Source: Macrostomum hystrix (taxonomy: Eukaryota; Animalia; Platyhelminthes). From it: a stretch of 64,000 bases of DNA. The notes beneath the pieces were generated by a model, which was not told the DNA's origin, searched no databases, and saw nothing but the letters and a program-made list of their open reading frames with translations. Shown piece by piece: positions 61,201 to 64,000 of the stretch (position 1 is its first letter; each line of letters starts with the position of its first letter). Made by a program: the position numbers and the translations under genes. The DNA lies in assembly GCA_950097015.1 (NCBI GenBank), contig CATNEN010000039.1, forward strand, positions 11,160,001 through 11,224,000. Direction: 5' to 3'.

Positions 61201-64000
61201 TTTATTTTTTGTCAATCAATTAATAAGGCGACATCGCTGAGGGAGCTAAACAATTGCCATCAAGCTGTAAGGCTTTCGCGAATGCTTTTTTGTCTATTAG
61301 TTATGCCTTGTGTGTTTTGTTCTGTTGTTTTCTGTTGTTTTCAGTGACAGTGTAAAGTGGCTAAAGGTCATGCACTGTAGCTCAGAGACAGTGGGAGCAG
61401 CAATGGGGCTCACAGACAGTGGGGGCAGTCAGCGTGGCTCAGAGACAGTGGGGGCAGACAGTGGGGGCAGACAGTGGGGGCAGACAGTGGGGGCAGACAG
61501 TGGGGGCAGTCAGCGTGGCTCAGAGACAGTGGGGGCAGACAGTGGGGCTCAGAGACAGTGGGGCATGCACTGGGCTCAGAGACAGTGGGAGGGCACGAGG
61601 AGGGCAGGCGCTGTAGCTCATAGACAGTGGGAGGGCAGGCGCTGTAGCTCATAGACAGTGGGAGGGCAGGGGGAGGGCAGGCGCTGTAGCTCATAGACAG
61701 TGGGAGGGCAGGCGCTGTAGCTCATAGACAGTGGGAGGGCAGGCGCTGTAGCTCATAGACAGTGGGAGGGCAGGCGCTGTAGCTCATAGACAGGTGGAGG
61801 GCAGGCGCTGTAGCTCATAGACAGTGGGAGGGCAGGCGCTGTAGCTCATAGACAGTGGGAGGGCAGGCGCTGTAGCTCATAGACAGTGGGAGGGCAGGCG
61901 CTGTAGCTCATAGACAGTGGGAGGGCAGGCGCTGTAGCTCATAGACATGCTACTCATAGTAGAAATGTGTATTTCTGATTGTTACTATAAAGTTATTCTT
62001 TCAGTCCTGTCTTGTGTTTCTACTTTCTGTTGTATAGCTGTGAAGCCATACTGCATGCTTAGCTAGGTTGTCTGCAGCCCTACTTGCTAGTAGTGCGAGT
62101 GTGCATGAAAATTGCTGACATAAGCTAAAACGGCTCTCCAACCTCATCCGACCTTGCTCCAGTCGCAGCTGCAGATTCAGTCGGCCACCTCCAGTGAGCC
62201 CATGTTCATCCTAGCCGAATGCGTCCTGCCGCGGGTGAGTACACTGGGCACAGTGATTCTACTGGCTGGGATAATATTCACGCCTTCACCTCCAGAAGCA
62301 CATTGATGATGTGCCAGTGCCAGCAGCCCTCCTGCAAAAAATATATTCTAATTATCTCAAATCAATTTCAGCTGCTCATCCCTGCGAAGCAGCCGACTTT
62401 GCCACAGCAGCAACAGCAGCCGCTTCACCTGGTCCGGCCCACCGTTTTAGAGGCTCAGGCGAGCTGCGTGACCATCTCAAACGATCCGGCCAGCTTCTCG
62501 GACGCCCTGTCCGCAGCGGTTGCCTCTGGCGTCAGCAGTCAGCAGCCGGACTCCTGTGGCCTCTCATCAGCTCCCGACTTCCCCGGCGATCCCAGCTTTG
62601 ACTGGATGCCGTTTAGCATCGCCCTGGCCGAGGCTGCCGCGGCCGCCTCGCCGCCGCCGCCCTCCTCCATCTGGCACGTGACCTGCCCGCAGCTGTGGTG
62701 CGACTTCGTAGCGGAAGGCTCCTCCAAGCCGCGCCGCCAGCACTGCCTGGACGCCGGCCGTGTCGACGCGTTCCTGTCGGCCGGCTCGGCGCCGGACTCG
62801 TTCGCCGTCCTGCTGGACCTGCCAGCAGACTCCGGCAGGGAGCTGCGGTTGGCCCTCACCCACCTGCAGTACCTGTTCCTTCTGCGCATGGGCGAGGACT
62901 TTTCCAGCTTCGCCGATTGCATGCAGCGGGACCGGCGCGGCATGGGACTTCCCGAGCCACCGCCTGGCCCAGTGGCCGCCGTCTGGCTGCCGATTCCATG
63001 TGCCCGCCTTCAGCTGCTGCTCGGCGCCGTCGCTGCCACCGCCGGTCAAGTCGACAGTTCCGCCAAGTCGCCGCGGGCTATTGGGAGTGCCACCTCGTCA
63101 GATACGTGCAGCGTCGATAGCGACAGCTGCGACCCTCGAGCTCGACGCCGCCTGTCTGCGCCGACGACGGGCAGCACCGGCTGTGGTGAGGAGGCTGCAC
63201 GCGCCTCCTCAGCCAACGGCGCGACTTCCATGCCGCCTACGTCCGGTGCCGTGGAGTTTGTCATCTCCGGCGCTTCCTCGTCGCCATCGACAACTTCTAC
63301 ATCGCCGCCGACTGCCGCAGCGTCGCCGAAAATGACAGCCAGGCAGAGTCAGCAGCAGCAGCAGCAGCAGCAAATTTCTGCTCCGCAATTGCTAGTTGAA
63401 CGCTTCCGTCAAATGACATCGTCGAAGCATCGGGTAAGTTTGTGTGGTGAGTGGCAAGGCCAACAAACGCGTTTGCCTGTCGCATCAAGGTCCCTGAGCT
63501 CGATTCCGCAGCGAGGCCACATTTTTAGGGCGCAGCCGCGGAGAGAATGCCTGGGGGCTTGTCTTGTCGTCTCGGCCAACGTCCAAGGCACAGTGAGGAT
63601 GCACTGACGATGAGATCCGAGTGTCTGAGTAGATGTACACACCTGTTTGAGTGTCACTATTTCCCTTACCGTTGACAGGGGTCGGCCACCAGCCTGGACA
63701 GCGGTGGATCGGAAATCGGCGACGAATGGGAGCGAGTGTCCGTCTCTAGCGACGACCTCAGCGTTAGCGAGGATCGCGCGCGTCGGCTGCAGCTGCTTGA
63801 GGAGGCGGAAGCCGCCGCTGCTGCCGCTGCCGAAGCTGGCGGCTGCCTGCTACCCACTGGCGCCATCCCTGCCGCCTCCTCCGCGCCTGCCAGCGACGAC
63901 GAAGACGAGACCACAGGCGGCGGCTGCGTCAGGGAGCCGCAGCTGGCCTGCCTGACGGGCGGCCTCCTCGGAGCCAGCGTTCTCGTCACGGTTGACCACG
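52271..64000 (+). CDS. BLTP3: Bridge-like lipid transfer protein 3 (UHRF1BP1/UHRF1BP1L-like), 5' part; continues beyond the window
   Basis: Exons 52271-52329, 55374-55773, 57113-57338, 57995-58158, 58737-58941, 59027-59119, 59539-59841, 60949-61055, 62163-62234, 62372-63433 and 63679 onward, all GT-AG and phase-compatible. Chorein-N-type start ILRYLSKFAKNLSP...KGEGELTNLEL...LPTWL...QWTKL and motif LDDLLWVLT. Confidence 0.9.
52470..54427. mobile_element. Non-autonomous TIR element (GGGTAATGTATCATCAAC ends) interrupted by the mariner
   Basis: Inverted end GTTGATGATACATTACCC at 54410-54427. An uninterrupted partial copy lies at ~49564-49905. Confidence 0.75.
52480..53795 (-). mobile_element. 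Mariner (DD34D) element with a decayed transposase at 53609-52542, in BLTP3 intron 1
   Basis: 26-bp perfect TIRs CAAGGGGCACTACAAAAGTTTTTAGC and TA duplication. Motifs WVPHLL, LHQDNASAH and HPPYSPDLAQCD are present, with stops, a frameshift and loss of the first Asp. Confidence 0.95.
55863..56255 (+). mobile_element. tRNA-derived SINE with an internal (GT)n expansion
   Basis: A-box TGGCAGAGC, B-box GTTCGATTCC and shared body. Confidence 0.88.
57363..57898. repeat. 24-bp minisatellite, about 22 copies, in BLTP3 intron 3
   Basis: GTGTTTATTCAGCTGAGGCAGGGT repeated. Confidence 0.98.
58242..58590 (+). mobile_element. tRNA-derived SINE
   Basis: A-box TGGCAGAGCGG, B-box GCTCGATTCC and full shared body. 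Confidence 0.88.
59170..59435. repeat. 21-bp minisatellite, about 12 copies, in BLTP3 intron 6
   Basis: GATTAGCTGTCGTAGATTCT(G/A) repeated. Confidence 0.95.
59871..60760. repeat. 20-bp variant minisatellite, about 44 copies, in BLTP3 intron 7
   Basis: Constant GTTCTAG core with alternating variable halves. Confidence 0.95.
61378..61947. repeat. GACAGTGGG-based compound minisatellite ending in a 31-bp unit, in BLTP3 intron 8
   Basis: GACAGTGGGAGGGCAGGCGCTGTAGCTCATA repeated about 10 times after shorter related units. Confidence 0.93.
63445..63650 (+). mobile_element. Diverged, truncated SINE filling most of BLTP3 intron 10
   Basis: GCTCGATTCCGCAGCGAGGCCACAT...CCAAGGCACAGTGAG...AGATGTACACACCTG. 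Confidence 0.8.

Noticed and set aside
62311-63989. Multiple overlapping alternative-frame and antisense ORFs (also at 9131-10639 and 35494-35970)
   Set aside because: They are shadow ORFs of GC-rich exons with no recognisable motifs.

Overview
Eukaryotic (invertebrate animal) genomic DNA with GT-AG spliced genes, GC-rich exons, AT-rich intergenic DNA and many intronic minisatellites. A free-living flatworm such as Macrostomum is a plausible source, but that is inference only. Host genes reconstructed by hand: SNX17 (minus strand, 4 exons, intron 1 filled by an 8.8-kb array of a 26-bp unit), FAM166C/CIMIP2C-like, a Jun-family bZIP, an LDL-receptor-like protein, a PY-motif single-pass membrane protein, a LITAF-domain protein, a DnaJ/TM protein and the 5' part of BLTP3/UHRF1BP1. 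Mobile DNA: a Crypton-like tyrosine recombinase (DUF3504-type) remnant split by a solo LTR and preceded by a 112-bp palindrome, two tandem Tc1 elements, a near-intact hAT nested in a non-autonomous element, a decayed mariner, LINE fragments, tRNA-derived SINEs and several MITEs. The most notable observations are: (i) a ~950-bp inverted duplicate of SNX17 exon 1 that brackets the rest of the gene; (ii) the hidden Crypton-like ORF with its palindrome; (iii) three consecutive LTR stem-loops with identical loops but unrelated stems; (iv) the variant-coded, length-invariant satellite with a splice-acceptor motif in essentially every unit. Family assignments rest on remembered motifs, not database searches.
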